This document shows positions 49,178 through 58,555 of a DNA stretch of 64,000 bases, piece after piece. The position numbers were made by a program, and so were the translations under genes. Under the pieces are notes generated by a model that saw only the letters and a list, made by a program, of their open reading frames with translations, ran no database searches and was not told the DNA's origin. The DNA lies in the NCBI GenBank assembly GCA_964435735.1, contig CAYSZZ010000015.1, forward strand, positions 5,002 to 69,001. Direction: 5' to 3'. Position 1 is the first letter of the stretch. Every line of letters begins with the position of its first letter. Source of the stretch: an uncultured Propionibacteriaceae bacterium (lineage in GTDB: Bacteria; Actinomycetota; Actinomycetes; Propionibacteriales; Propionibacteriaceae).

Positions 49178-50986
49178 TCACCATCCGCCGCCACCGCCGC
49201 CGCCGAAGCCGCCGCCGCCGCTGAAGCCCGAGCCGCCGGACGAGGCCGCGGTCGCGTGCTGCAGGGAGGACGACATCTGGCTGGCGAGCCGATCCATGGA
49301 CGAAGCGAAGTCCGGACTGAGCATGGTTCCATAGCCATAGCCGACGTACCAGCCGGTGGTGGTGGGCGTGTAGCGGCCCTGCGCCTCGAGCTGGGCGAAC
49401 ACCTTCGTCCAGCGCTCGGCGACCCCGAAGATCACCGCGTACGGCAGATAACGGGAGAACACGTCGATCCCCTCCTCGAAGCGGATCTGGTCCGCCTCGG
49501 CGGTACTCAGGTACAGCTCGAAGCCCTTGGTCTGGGCGAGCACCGCGGAACCCTCGGCGGTACGGGCACCGAACCGGTTGTTCGCGATCAGCACGCCGAT
49601 CCCGGTGAGCACCCCCGCCGCGCCCAGCAGCCCGAAGCCGACGAAGCCCAGCAGGATGCCGACCGCCGCGCCGGTGCCGATCAGCCCGACGCCGCCGACC
49701 ACCGCGATCGCCCGCACCGTGCTCGGATTGCGGGTGAACCACTGCAGTTCCTTGGTCACCCGGTCGTACAGCCGGCTCCGGGTTCCGGTCAGCAGATCGG
49801 CGTAGGCCGAGTCCTTCAGGTCGTCGGTCTCCACCACCGAACCCTCCCGGAAGAGGCCATCGAACAGGTGCCGCTCGTAGCCCACCAGGCCCTGGCTGGT
49901 GGCCAGCCGGGTGAAGGTCCAGTCCTTCTTGCCGGTCTGTTCGATCTTGAGGTAGCCCCGGACCGCCAGGTCCATCATGGTGGCGGTGATGTCGGTGTTG
50001 TCGGCGGTGTGGTCGGTGAGCACACCCAGTTCACCTGGACGGGCGTCGGCCGGCGGTGAGAACTGCACGGCGACCGGCGCCCTCGCCGTCCCCTCGCCGA
50101 TGGCCACCTGCTGGTTCGGCGCCGGTCTCGTGCCCGGGGTGAGGCCGAGGTAGACCTGATCGCGGGAACCTCGGCGGGTGCGGCTGAAGAGCCAGGCCAG
50201 CCCCAGTGCCGTCAGCACCCCGGTGAGGCCGCCGGTCACCGGATTGACCGGGAACATGTTGCCGATGTGGAAGCGGGTGGTGAGCCGGGGCTCGGCGTCG
50301 GTGAAGGTGCCGGCCGGGAACCCGGCCACGATCTGCAGCGGATTTCCCTTGCCCAACGACGCCTGGCGGAAGGTCGCGGTGCGCCCGTCCCGGGCGGCCT
50401 GATCGCACGCGCTGCGGAACCAGTCGCCGGCGAAACAGGCCACCCGCTGGACTTCCACCGGCCCGGTGACGGACGCCGTGACGCCACTGATGGGCACCTC
50501 CCAGCCGGGCCCGACCACATTCCAGTTGAACTCGTCCAGCCCGGATTGGGCCTGGTTCGTGGCCAGCAGCCCCCGGATCGAGTAGGTGATCCGGTAGCGC
50601 TGCACGCCGGTGAAGGTCCGTCTCTCACTGCCGATCCGGATCAGCAGGTTGCCCGACTCCTCCTGGGTCAGCACCGTCGCATCGGCGCCGCTGGGACTGG
50701 TGACCTCGCCGAGGGTGACGTCGAGCATCCGCCAGTGATCGGGGTCGTCCGCCATCTCCTGCCGCAGCGGCAACGTCACGTACGGGCCATGACCAGGGTC
50801 GTTGCCGAAGTCGAAGGCGAGGTCGAGCTGGACGTGAGTGACTCCGCCGGCGGCGTCGACCGTCGCGACCACGTCGTAGCTGGGGATCCGCCACGAAGAA
50901 TGGTCGTCGTCGGCCGCCGCCGGAGCAGCGGGCAGCAGAAACAGGGTGGCCGTGGCCACCGCCAGCCAGGAGAGGACGCGTCGCAC
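49178..50986 (-). CDS. DUF2207-family membrane protein
   Basis: Signal peptide, EFNWNVVGPGW, VQFSPP, DLAVRGYL, YLPYAVIFGVAERW, terminal SGGSGFSGGGGFGGGGGGGW. Confidence 0.85.
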   Translation of the reverse strand: MRRVLSWLAVATATLFLLPAAPAAADDDHSSWRIPSYDVVATVDAAGGVTHVQLDLAFDFGNDPGHGPYVTLPLRQEMADDPDHWRMLDVTLGEVTSPSGADATVLTQEESGNLLIRIGSERRTFTGVQRYRITYSIRGLLATNQAQSGLDEFNWNVVGPGWEVPISGVTASVTGPVEVQRVACFAGDWFRSACDQAARDGRTATFRQASLGKGNPLQIVAGFPAGTFTDAEPRLTTRFHIGNMFPVNPVTGGLTGVLTALGLAWLFSRTRRGSRDQVYLGLTPGTRPAPNQQVAIGEGTARAPVAVQFSPPADARPGELGVLTDHTADNTDITATMMDLAVRGYLKIEQTGKKDWTFTRLATSQGLVGYERHLFDGLFREGSVVETDDLKDSAYADLLTGTRSRLYDRVTKELQWFTRNPSTVRAIAVVGGVGLIGTGAAVGILLGFVGFGLLGAAGVLTGIGVLIANNRFGARTAEGSAVLAQTKGFELYLSTAEADQIRFEEGIDVFSRYLPYAVIFGVAERWTKVFAQLEAQGRYTPTTTGWYVGYGYGTMLSPDFASSMDRLASQMSSSLQHATAASSGGSGFSGGGGFGGGGGGGW

Positions 50987-51049
50987 CCTTTGAGGCTAAC
51001 CCGTCGATGGGTCGTGCGGAACCTTGGAGAACTCCCTATCCTTCACGGC

Positions 51050-52048
51050 ATGGGCGAAGGCACGAGCGAGGTTTCGGCGGAGTTGCTGGCCGTTGTGGTC
51101 GCGATCGTCGATGGTGAGCCTTGCGTGCTCACCTTGGGCAACCCGACCCGGCTCCCGGCCGGGCCGCTGATGCCGGGCCACCACTCGCTGCAGGCTGCGA
51201 CGCGCGCTTGGGTCGAGGATCAGACCGGACGGGCACTGGGCTACCTGGAGCAGCTCTACACCTTCGTCGATCTCGACGGACAGCAGAACGATGGGCACCG
51301 GCTGTCGGTCTCCTATCTGGGCCTCACCACACCGACCTCCGACGCGCTGCAACTCCGCCTCCGCCAGCGCCCGCTGAACCCGCCAGAGACCCCCGGGCCG
51401 ACCGCAACGCCTGGGCAGCGGCCGGCCCACCCCGAGATCGGAGCCTGGAGCCGGATCTACGACCTGCTCCCCTGGGAAGACCTGCGGGCACACGGAGACC
51501 TACCCGCGCCCCTCGGCGCCGCGTTGGCCGCCTGGGCGGAGTCTGATCCCACGTCCGCCGGAGCCCGGCATCAGCGCTGCGCCATCACCTTCGGCCTGGA
51601 CGGTGCCGGCTGGCAGCCCGACCTGGTGCTGCAGCGCTACGAGTTGATGTACGAGGTGGGGCTGGTCCCGGAATCCCCCACCCACTGGCGGTTGCCCATC
51701 GCCGAGCTCGCCCCCGGGAGCCGGATGCTCGGCGATCACCGCCGGGTGCTGGCCACCGGGCTGGCCCGGCTGCGCTCGAAGATCCAGTACCGTCCGGTGG
51801 TCTTCGAACTGCTGCCACCGCAGTTCACCCTGCGCCAGCTGCAGGATTGCGTCGAGGCGCTGGCCGGCACCGCGATCCACACCCAGAACTTCCGCCGCCT
51901 GGTCGAGCAGCAGCGCCTGGTCGAGGAGACCGGCGGGGTCGACTCCTCCACCGGCGGACGCCCGGCGCGGCTCTACCGGTTCCGTCGCGAGGTGCAGCAC
52001 CAGCGCGACGTCGCCGGCACCAAGCTGCCGCTCCCCCGCGTCCGCTGA
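51050..52048 (+). CDS. nadQ: NadQ (COG4111)/NrtR-like Nudix-wHTH regulator of NAD biosynthesis
   Basis: YLEQLYTF, LSVSYLGL, PWEDLR, LQRYELMYEVGL, DHRRVLATGLARLRSKIQYRPVVFELL, FTLRQLQ, NFRRLV, GGRPARLYRF; directly upstream of nadA. Confidence 0.75.
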   Translation: MGEGTSEVSAELLAVVVAIVDGEPCVLTLGNPTRLPAGPLMPGHHSLQAATRAWVEDQTGRALGYLEQLYTFVDLDGQQNDGHRLSVSYLGLTTPTSDALQLRLRQRPLNPPETPGPTATPGQRPAHPEIGAWSRIYDLLPWEDLRAHGDLPAPLGAALAAWAESDPTSAGARHQRCAITFGLDGAGWQPDLVLQRYELMYEVGLVPESPTHWRLPIAELAPGSRMLGDHRRVLATGLARLRSKIQYRPVVFELLPPQFTLRQLQDCVEALAGTAIHTQNFRRLVEQQRLVEETGGVDSSTGGRPARLYRFRREVQHQRDVAGTKLPLPRVR

Positions 52049-52100
52049 ATCCCCACTGGGTCGTCATGCGACCGCATCGTGAGCAGGATTTGCCCACCGG

Positions 52101-52143
52101 TTTTGCTCAGGTGTAGCATTTCTTTTGCTCAAAGTTAGCAAAA
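52101..52143. promoter_or_regulatory. Two tandem 21-bp NadQ-like operators
   Basis: TTTTGCTCAGGTGTAGCATTT (52101-52121) and TTTTGCTCAAAGTTAGCAAAA (52123-52143), 22-bp period, an AT-rich patch just before the nadA RBS. Confidence 0.7.
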
Positions 52144-52153
52144 GGGGAACCCG

Positions 52154-53128
52154 ATGACTGCCACCCTCACCGCGCAGGAGTTGTACCCGAAGGTCAGCCA
52201 CGTGGTGCCGGCCGTCGAGTGGGCCACCATGGCCGACGATGTCGAGGCGATCATGGCGCTCAAGGCGCAGCGCAACGCCGTCATCCTGGCGCACAACTAC
52301 ATGACCCCGGAGATCTTCCACGGTGTCTCCGACATCGTCGGAGACTCTCTCGCGCTGGCCCGGGAGGCGACCACCGTCGAGGCGGACGTGATCGTGCTGG
52401 CGGGCGTCCACTTCATGGCGGAGACCGCGAAGCTGCTGAATCCCGCCAAGACGGTGCTGATTCCCGACCTTCGCTCCGGCTGCTCGCTGGCCGAATCGAT
52501 CACCCCTGAGGACGTCCGCGAGTTGCGGCGGCTGCACCCCGGGGTCCCGGTGGTCACCTACGTGAACACCTCCGCCGCGGTGAAGGCCGAATCCGACATC
52601 TGCTGCACCTCGGGCAATGCGGTGGCGATCATCGAGAGCCTCGGCGTGCCACGGGTGATCATGATCCCCGACCAGTACCTGGCCGCCAACATCGCCCGGC
52701 AGACCGGGGTCGAGGTGATCACCCACCCGGGCGCCTGCGAGGTGCACGAGCGGTTCACCCCCGCCGATATCGACCAGATCCGCGCCGACTACCTCGGCGT
52801 CACCGTACTCGCCCACCCGGAGTGCCCGCCGCCAGTGGTGGACGCCGCCGACTACGCCGGTTCGACCGCGCAGATGGTCGACTTCGTGGGTCGGCAACTG
52901 CCGCTGCGGGTGGCGTTGATCACCGAGTGCTCGATGAGCGACAACGTGGCCCAGCAGTTCCCCGACACGGAGTTCGTCCGGCCCTGCAATCTCTGCCCGC
53001 ACATGAAGCGCAACACGCTGGGAACGATCCGGCGAGCACTGGAGACGATGACCAACGAGGTCACCATCGATCCCACCGTCGCCGAGCGCGCCCGCGCCGC
53101 GGTGGATCGCATGCTGGCGGTGAAGTGA
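52154..53128 (+). CDS. nadA: Quinolinate synthase
   Basis: ILAHNY, GDSL, GVHFMAE, GCSLA, YVNTSA, CEVHE, AHPEC, CPHMK. Confidence 0.96.
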   Translation: MTATLTAQELYPKVSHVVPAVEWATMADDVEAIMALKAQRNAVILAHNYMTPEIFHGVSDIVGDSLALAREATTVEADVIVLAGVHFMAETAKLLNPAKTVLIPDLRSGCSLAESITPEDVRELRRLHPGVPVVTYVNTSAAVKAESDICCTSGNAVAIIESLGVPRVIMIPDQYLAANIARQTGVEVITHPGACEVHERFTPADIDQIRADYLGVTVLAHPECPPPVVDAADYAGSTAQMVDFVGRQLPLRVALITECSMSDNVAQQFPDTEFVRPCNLCPHMKRNTLGTIRRALETMTNEVTIDPTVAERARAAVDRMLAVK

Positions 53129-54630
53129 TGCCGGCCACCCGCCGGACTGGCGCCGGCTGCCCGGTGATCGTCGGCGCCGGCCTGGCCGGGCTCAGCGCGG
53201 CGATCGAACTGTCGCCCTCGCCGTGCATCGTGCTGAGCGCGGGCGCGGTGAGCACCGGCACCTCCACCGGCTGGGCCCAGGGCGGCATCGCCGCGGCGGT
53301 CGGGCCGGACGACGACCCCGTCCAGCACACCGCCGACACCCTCGCCGCAGGCGCCGGGTTGTGCGATCCGGAGGTCACGGACTCCATCACCGAAGCCGGC
53401 CCCAGCGCGATCGCCTGGCTGGCGGGCCAGGGCGCCCGCTTCGACACCAACCCGGACGGCACCCTCCGCCTCGGCCTGGAGGGCGCACACAGCCGACGCC
53501 GGATCGTCCATGCGCTCGGCGACGGCACCGGGGCCGAACTGCTGCGTACCGTGGTCGAGCGCGCACTGCAGCTGGACTCGGTGGCCATCTGGGAGCACTC
53601 CCCCGCGGTGGACCTGCTGGTCGAGGACGGACGGATCGCGGGCGTGCGGGTGAGCACCCCGACCGGCCCCTTCGACCTGATGACCGACACGGTCATCCTG
53701 GCCACCGGTGGGATCGGCGGGTTGTTCCAGCACACCACCAACCCGCTCGGCTCGCGCGGCCAGGGGCTCGGGCTGGCCTATCGAGCCGGGGCCGTGCTGC
53801 GGGACCTGGAGATGGTGCAGTTCCACCCCACGGCCCTGGACGTCGCCACCGACCCGATGCCGCTGGTGAGCGAGGCGGTGCGCGGTGAAGGCGCCTTCCT
53901 GATCAACGAGCGCGGCGAGTGGGTGCTGGCCGATCCGCTGTCGGCCCGCGATGTGGTCTCCCGCGCCGAGTGGGCACAGCTTCAGGACGGCCACCTGGTC
54001 TTCCTGGACGCCCGCGACCACCCGGGCGTTCGGTTCGCCGAGCTGTTTCCCTCGATCCACCGGATCGCCGCCACCGCCGGGCTGGACCCGACCCGTGACC
54101 TGCTGCCCGTCCGCCCCGCTGCGCACTATCACATGGGCGGCGTGGCGGTGGACGCCGACGGCCAGAGCACCGTCCCCGGCCTCTACGCGGCCGGCGAGGT
54201 GGCCTCGACCGGGCTGCACGGCGCCAACCGGCTGGCCAGCAACTCGCTGCTGGAGGCGGTGGTCTGCGGACGGCGGATCGGACGGCACCTTCGAACCGCC
54301 GCCGCCCGGCCTCCGGTACGGCCCTCGCACTCGACCTGGGCGTCCGCCCGTCCGCCCGCCGCCGGTCCGGGACTGGCCGAGATACGGCGGATCGTCAGCG
54401 CGGCGGCCGGCGTGCTGCGCACCGGCGAGCGGTTGCGGTTGGCGCTGGACGAGCTGGCGCCCTACCGCGACACCGAGGCCGGCCTGGTGGCCTGGCTGCT
54501 CGCCTGGTCGGCGCTGCAGCGCACCGAATCCCGCGGCGGTCACACCCGGCTGGACTTCCCCGGCACCGACCCGGTCGGTCGCCACATCACGGTTGGCGCC
54601 CTCACCGCCGCGACGGAGAGTGCCGCATGA
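53128..54630 (+). CDS. nadB: L-aspartate oxidase
   Basis: GAGLAG, WAQGGIAAA, EGAHSRRRIVH, EMVQFHPT, HYHMGG, GLHGANRLASNSLLE, ESRGGH; TGATG coupling with nadA. Confidence 0.95.
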   Translation: MPATRRTGAGCPVIVGAGLAGLSAAIELSPSPCIVLSAGAVSTGTSTGWAQGGIAAAVGPDDDPVQHTADTLAAGAGLCDPEVTDSITEAGPSAIAWLAGQGARFDTNPDGTLRLGLEGAHSRRRIVHALGDGTGAELLRTVVERALQLDSVAIWEHSPAVDLLVEDGRIAGVRVSTPTGPFDLMTDTVILATGGIGGLFQHTTNPLGSRGQGLGLAYRAGAVLRDLEMVQFHPTALDVATDPMPLVSEAVRGEGAFLINERGEWVLADPLSARDVVSRAEWAQLQDGHLVFLDARDHPGVRFAELFPSIHRIAATAGLDPTRDLLPVRPAAHYHMGGVAVDADGQSTVPGLYAAGEVASTGLHGANRLASNSLLEAVVCGRRIGRHLRTAAARPPVRPSHSTWASARPPAAGPGLAEIRRIVSAAAGVLRTGERLRLALDELAPYRDTEAGLVAWLLAWSALQRTESRGGHTRLDFPGTDPVGRHITVGALTAATESAA

Positions 54631-55472
54631 GAAGCCTCTCCCGGCTGCTGGTCGAGCCGCTGGTACGCGCCGCGCTGGCCGAGGATCTCGGACGGGCCGG
54701 CGATCTCACCACCGACGCGATCATTCCCCCCGACGCGACCGCCGAGGTGGCGATCGTCTCGCGCGAGCCCGGCGTCATCGCCGGCCTGGCCTGTGCCGAG
54801 CTGGCCTGGCGGCTGATCGATCCGCGGATCGAGCTGACCATCGAGACCCCGGACGGCTCCCGCGTCCAGCCCGGCAGCACCGTGGCCCGGGTCTCCGGCC
54901 CGGCCCGCGGCCTGCTGACCGGCGAACGGGTGGCGCTGAACTTCCTGGGCCACCTCAGCGGGGTGGCCACCGGCACCGCCACCATCGCCGACGCGATCGC
55001 GCACACCAGTGCCAGGGTCACCGACACCCGCAAGACCATCCCCGGCCTGCGGGCGCTGCAGAAGTACGCGGTGGCCGCCGGCGGTGGCGCCAACCATCGC
55101 TTCGGCCTGGACGACGCGGTGCTGATCAAGGACAACCACGTCGCCGCGGCCGGCGGCATCCGTCCGGCGGTCGAGCGGGCACGCGCCGGCGTGGGCCACC
55201 TGGTGAAGATCGAGGTGGAGGTCGACACCCTCGACCAACTCGCCGAACTGCTGGAGACCGGAGCGGATGCCGTCCTGCTCGACAACATGGGCCCCGAGCT
55301 TCTGGCGCAGGCGGTCGCGATGGTGGACGGACGCATGATCACCGAAGCCTCCGGGCGGATCACACCGGCCACTGCGGTGCCGATCGCCGAGGCCGGCGTG
55401 GACCTGATCTCGGTCGGCTGGCTCACCCACTCCGCCCGCGTGCTCGACCTGGGGCTCGACTACCTCAACTGA
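54627..55472 (+). CDS. nadC: Quinolinate phosphoribosyltransferase
   Basis: EDLG.GDLTT, ERVALN, DTRKTIPG, HRFGL, LIKDNH, EVEVD, LLDNM, EASG. Confidence 0.96.
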   Translation: MRSLSRLLVEPLVRAALAEDLGRAGDLTTDAIIPPDATAEVAIVSREPGVIAGLACAELAWRLIDPRIELTIETPDGSRVQPGSTVARVSGPARGLLTGERVALNFLGHLSGVATGTATIADAIAHTSARVTDTRKTIPGLRALQKYAVAAGGGANHRFGLDDAVLIKDNHVAAAGGIRPAVERARAGVGHLVKIEVEVDTLDQLAELLETGADAVLLDNMGPELLAQAVAMVDGRMITEASGRITPATAVPIAEAGVDLISVGWLTHSARVLDLGLDYLN

Positions 55473-55521
55473 CGGGGCCACCTGATCGGGGCGATAGGCC
55501 CCCGACACCCACCCGGCAGGA

Positions 55522-56430
55522 TCACCAGCTGAGCTCGGCGCATCCCGCGGCGTCGGCCTCCACCTGGAGAGTGGCGTGGTCGATGCCGAAGCGATCCAGC
55601 AACACCTGCTGCAGGGCAGCGAGAAGATCGGCCTGGTCGGCTCCTGGAACGGCGACCACGTGCGCGGTGGCGACGTTCATGCCCGAGGTCAGCGTCCACA
55701 GGTGCAAGTCGTGGACGCTCGCCACTCCGCCGACCTCCGCCAGGCTTGACGCCACCTCGGCCGGATCGATCCCGTCAGGGGCCTGCTGACCCAGCACGGC
55801 CAGCACCTCGCGTCCCAGCAGCACCGCTCGCACCGCGACGTAGGCGCCGATCGCCAGCCCCACGACGGTGTCCCACAGCGGATTCTGAGTCCAGCCGATC
55901 AGCAGCGCCGCGACGATCACCCCGACCGAGCCCAGGCTGTCGGCCAGCACCTCCAGGTAGGCGCCCTTGACATTGAGGCTCTCCCGGGCGCCACCGCGCA
56001 GCAGCCACAGCGCGATCAGGTTCACCGCGAGCCCCAGCACGCCCACGATCAGCATCGGACCGGTCGCGATCTCGGCGCCGGTTCCGATGCGGCCGATCGC
56101 CTCGACCACCACGTAGACCGCCACGCCGAGCATCAGCAGCACGGCCAGACCGGACGCGAACACCTCGGCGCGATAGGAGCCATAGGTGCGGCGGCCGGTG
56201 CTGTCAGGACGGGTCGCCAGCTGGGTCGCGGCCAGCGCGGCGCCAAGCGCCACCACATCGGTGGCCATATGCCCGGCGTCGGAGAGCAGGGCGAGCGAGC
56301 CACTCAGCCCGGCCGCGACCACCTCCACCACCAGGAATGCCAGCGTGAGGCAGAAGGCGGCCAGCAGCCGCCAGCGATGCCGCGCCCCGGCGTGGCCCGA
56401 GGCCGGCACATGAGAGTGACCCGCGCCCAC
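55522..56430 (-). CDS. Cation diffusion facilitator (CzcD/ZitB-like)
   Basis: His-rich N-terminus, LLSDAGHMATD, RTYG.YRAE, EVLAD, VHDLHLW, HATLQVE. Confidence 0.9.
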   Translation of the reverse strand: MGAGHSHVPASGHAGARHRWRLLAAFCLTLAFLVVEVVAAGLSGSLALLSDAGHMATDVVALGAALAATQLATRPDSTGRRTYGSYRAEVFASGLAVLLMLGVAVYVVVEAIGRIGTGAEIATGPMLIVGVLGLAVNLIALWLLRGGARESLNVKGAYLEVLADSLGSVGVIVAALLIGWTQNPLWDTVVGLAIGAYVAVRAVLLGREVLAVLGQQAPDGIDPAEVASSLAEVGGVASVHDLHLWTLTSGMNVATAHVVAVPGADQADLLAALQQVLLDRFGIDHATLQVEADAAGCAELSW

Positions 56431-56433
56431 GCC

Positions 56434-57084
56434 TCAGCCCCTCTCGGTCGCACTGCCAGCCGGCACCGGACGCACGCGGACCGCCTCCAGGTCGGGATCG
56501 GCCAGGTCCAGGTCGGCGCTGTCGATCACCACACCCGGCACCAGCCCTCGGCTCCGGAGTCGCGCCAGGACCTCGGGATCGGCGTCGGAGACCCTCGCCA
56601 CCAGATGCCGGCCGGGGCCGGCCTGAGGGAGCAGCACCGCTGGGGCGGCGGTGGGCAGGCTCCCGTCCGGCCCTGGGATGGGGTCGCCGTGCGGATCGAA
56701 TCGCGGATGCCCCAGCATCTGGTCGATCCGGGTCAGGAAGTCGTCGGAAACGGCGTGCTCCAGGCGCTCCGCCTCGTCGTGCACCTCGTCCCAGCCGTAG
56801 CCGAGCACCTGTGCCAGGAAGCATTCGATCAGCCGGTGCCGGCGCACCATCGCCATCGCCAACCGCACGCCGCGCTCGGTCAGCACCACCGGACGATAGG
56901 GCTCATAACCGACCAGGCCCTGGGCAGCGAGCCGTCGGACGGTGTCGGAGACATTCGCCTGGGTGGTGCCGAACCGCGTGGCCAGGCCCTTGGTGGTGAT
57001 CGGCGGCTCGCCCCATTCGGTGGCCGCCCAGATCACCTTCAGGTAGTCCTGCGCGACCGGCGTCAGGACATCCACCTCGTCCAT
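56434..57084 (-). CDS. mntR: DtxR/MntR-family metal-dependent repressor
   Basis: QDYLKVIW, RRHRLIECFL, WDEVHDEAERLEHAVS, DPHGDPIP; TGATG overlap with mntH. Confidence 0.88.
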   Translation of the reverse strand: MDEVDVLTPVAQDYLKVIWAATEWGEPPITTKGLATRFGTTQANVSDTVRRLAAQGLVGYEPYRPVVLTERGVRLAMAMVRRHRLIECFLAQVLGYGWDEVHDEAERLEHAVSDDFLTRIDQMLGHPRFDPHGDPIPGPDGSLPTAAPAVLLPQAGPGRHLVARVSDADPEVLARLRSRGLVPGVVIDSADLDLADPDLEAVRVRPVPAGSATERG

Positions 57085-58331
57085 CAGCCCACCCCCATCA
57101 CCTGCAGCGCGATCAGCGCGAGGTTCAGCGCCACGATCAATCCGACCACCACCCAGGCTGCCACGCACAACCTCCGGGAGTTGGCGTGGTCTCCCATGGT
57201 GGCCCGCTCGCTGGTGAGCTTCACCAGCGGGGCGAGGGCGAACGGGATCCCGAGGCTCAGCAACACCTGGCTCAGCACCAGCGACCAGGTGGGGTCGGCG
57301 CCCAGCGCCAGGATCGCCAGCGCCGGTGCCAGGGTGATCAGCCGCCGGGCCAGCAGTGGGACCCGCACGCGGAGCAGGCCGGCCATGATCGTCGCGCCGG
57401 CGTAGCAACCCACCGAGGTGGAGGCCAGCCCGGAGGCCAGCAGCCCGATGCCGAACAGCACGCCGACCACCGGCCCCAGCGAGGCGGTGATCGCGGCATG
57501 GGCGCCTTCGATCGAGTCGGTGCCCGGCACGCCCGGCAGGCTAGCGGCGGCCAGCAGCAGCATCCCGATGTTCACCGCCCCGGCTACCAGCATGGAGGCA
57601 ACCACCTCCCAGCGGGTGGCGCGCAGCACCCGGCCAAGATCGGTGCCGTCCGGCGCCCCATGCCTATCCCTGGCCAGGGCCGAATGGACGTAGATCGCGT
57701 GCGGCATCACGGTGGCACCCAGCATGCCGGCTGCCAGCAGCACCGAGCCGCTGCCCTCGAAACGAGGCACCAGACCGGCGGCGGTCTGTGCCCAGGAGAT
57801 GTCGCTGACGAACAGACCGGCCATGAAGCCGATCGTGATCACCAGGAGCAACCCCATCACGACGAACTCGAAGGGACGCTGGCCGCGCCGGTCCTGAATC
57901 ACCAGCAACAGCATCGACACCCCGCCGACGATCAGTCCGCCCCAGAGCAGCGGGAGCCCGAACAGGATCTGCAACGCGATCGCCCCACCCAGCACCTCGG
58001 CCAGGTCAGTGGCGGCCGCCACCAGTTCGGCTTGCGCCCAGTAGGCGAGCCGCGGACCTCGTCGCAACCGGCTGCCGAGCAACTCCGGCAGGCTGCGTCC
58101 GGTCACCAGGCCGGCCTTCGCCGAGAGGTACTGCACCAGCACCGCCGCCGCGTTGGCCGCGACCAGCACCCACACCAGCAGGTATCCGTATTGCGCTCCG
58201 GCGGTGAGGTTGGCGGCGACGTTCCCCGGGTCGACGTAGGCGATCGCGGCGACGAAGGCCGGGCCCCACAGCCACGGCAGCCGCCGGCGCAGCACCGGCG
58301 ACCGCAGCGGCACCGAGGTTTCGGACTCCAT
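57084..58331 (-). CDS. mntH: Nramp divalent metal importer
   Basis: AYVDPGN, ATDLAEVLG, GATVMPHAIYVHS, SQVLLSLGIPF. Confidence 0.93.
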   Translation of the reverse strand: MESETSVPLRSPVLRRRLPWLWGPAFVAAIAYVDPGNVAANLTAGAQYGYLLVWVLVAANAAAVLVQYLSAKAGLVTGRSLPELLGSRLRRGPRLAYWAQAELVAAATDLAEVLGGAIALQILFGLPLLWGGLIVGGVSMLLLVIQDRRGQRPFEFVVMGLLLVITIGFMAGLFVSDISWAQTAAGLVPRFEGSGSVLLAAGMLGATVMPHAIYVHSALARDRHGAPDGTDLGRVLRATRWEVVASMLVAGAVNIGMLLLAAASLPGVPGTDSIEGAHAAITASLGPVVGVLFGIGLLASGLASTSVGCYAGATIMAGLLRVRVPLLARRLITLAPALAILALGADPTWSLVLSQVLLSLGIPFALAPLVKLTSERATMGDHANSRRLCVAAWVVVGLIVALNLALIALQVMGVG

Positions 58332-58333
58332 AG

Positions 58334-58351
58334 AGTTAAGCTACCTGAACT
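58334..58351. promoter_or_regulatory. Candidate MntR operator over the mntH -10
   Basis: AGTTAAGCTACCTGAACT, 7/9 palindromic pairs, covering TAGCTT (58338-58343, minus) six nt before the ATG. Confidence 0.55.
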
Positions 58352-58472
58352 TCTGCATCCCCGCCGCCGAACCACACCAACCCCCGCCGTCCGGAGGCTC
58401 CTCGCCGACGGTCAGCGGCGGATCATCGCCCCATCACTCGACGGACGGCGTGATCTCCGCTCCAGCGAGCGA

Positions 58473-58510
58473 TGAGAATCCACCCGCTCCGTGAGAATCC
58501 ACCCGCTCCG
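58473..58510. repeat. 19-bp exact tandem duplication in the mntH/glgP divergent intergenic region
   Basis: TGAGAATCCACCCGCTCCG at 58473-58491 and 58492-58510. Confidence 0.85.
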
Positions 58511-58555
58511 GCGAGACATCCCACGCGTGATCGCGCAAGCCGTTACCGTAATCCA

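Noticed and set aside
58473-58510. Possible CRISPR array
   Set aside because: Two adjacent 19-bp copies with no spacer; no cas genes.
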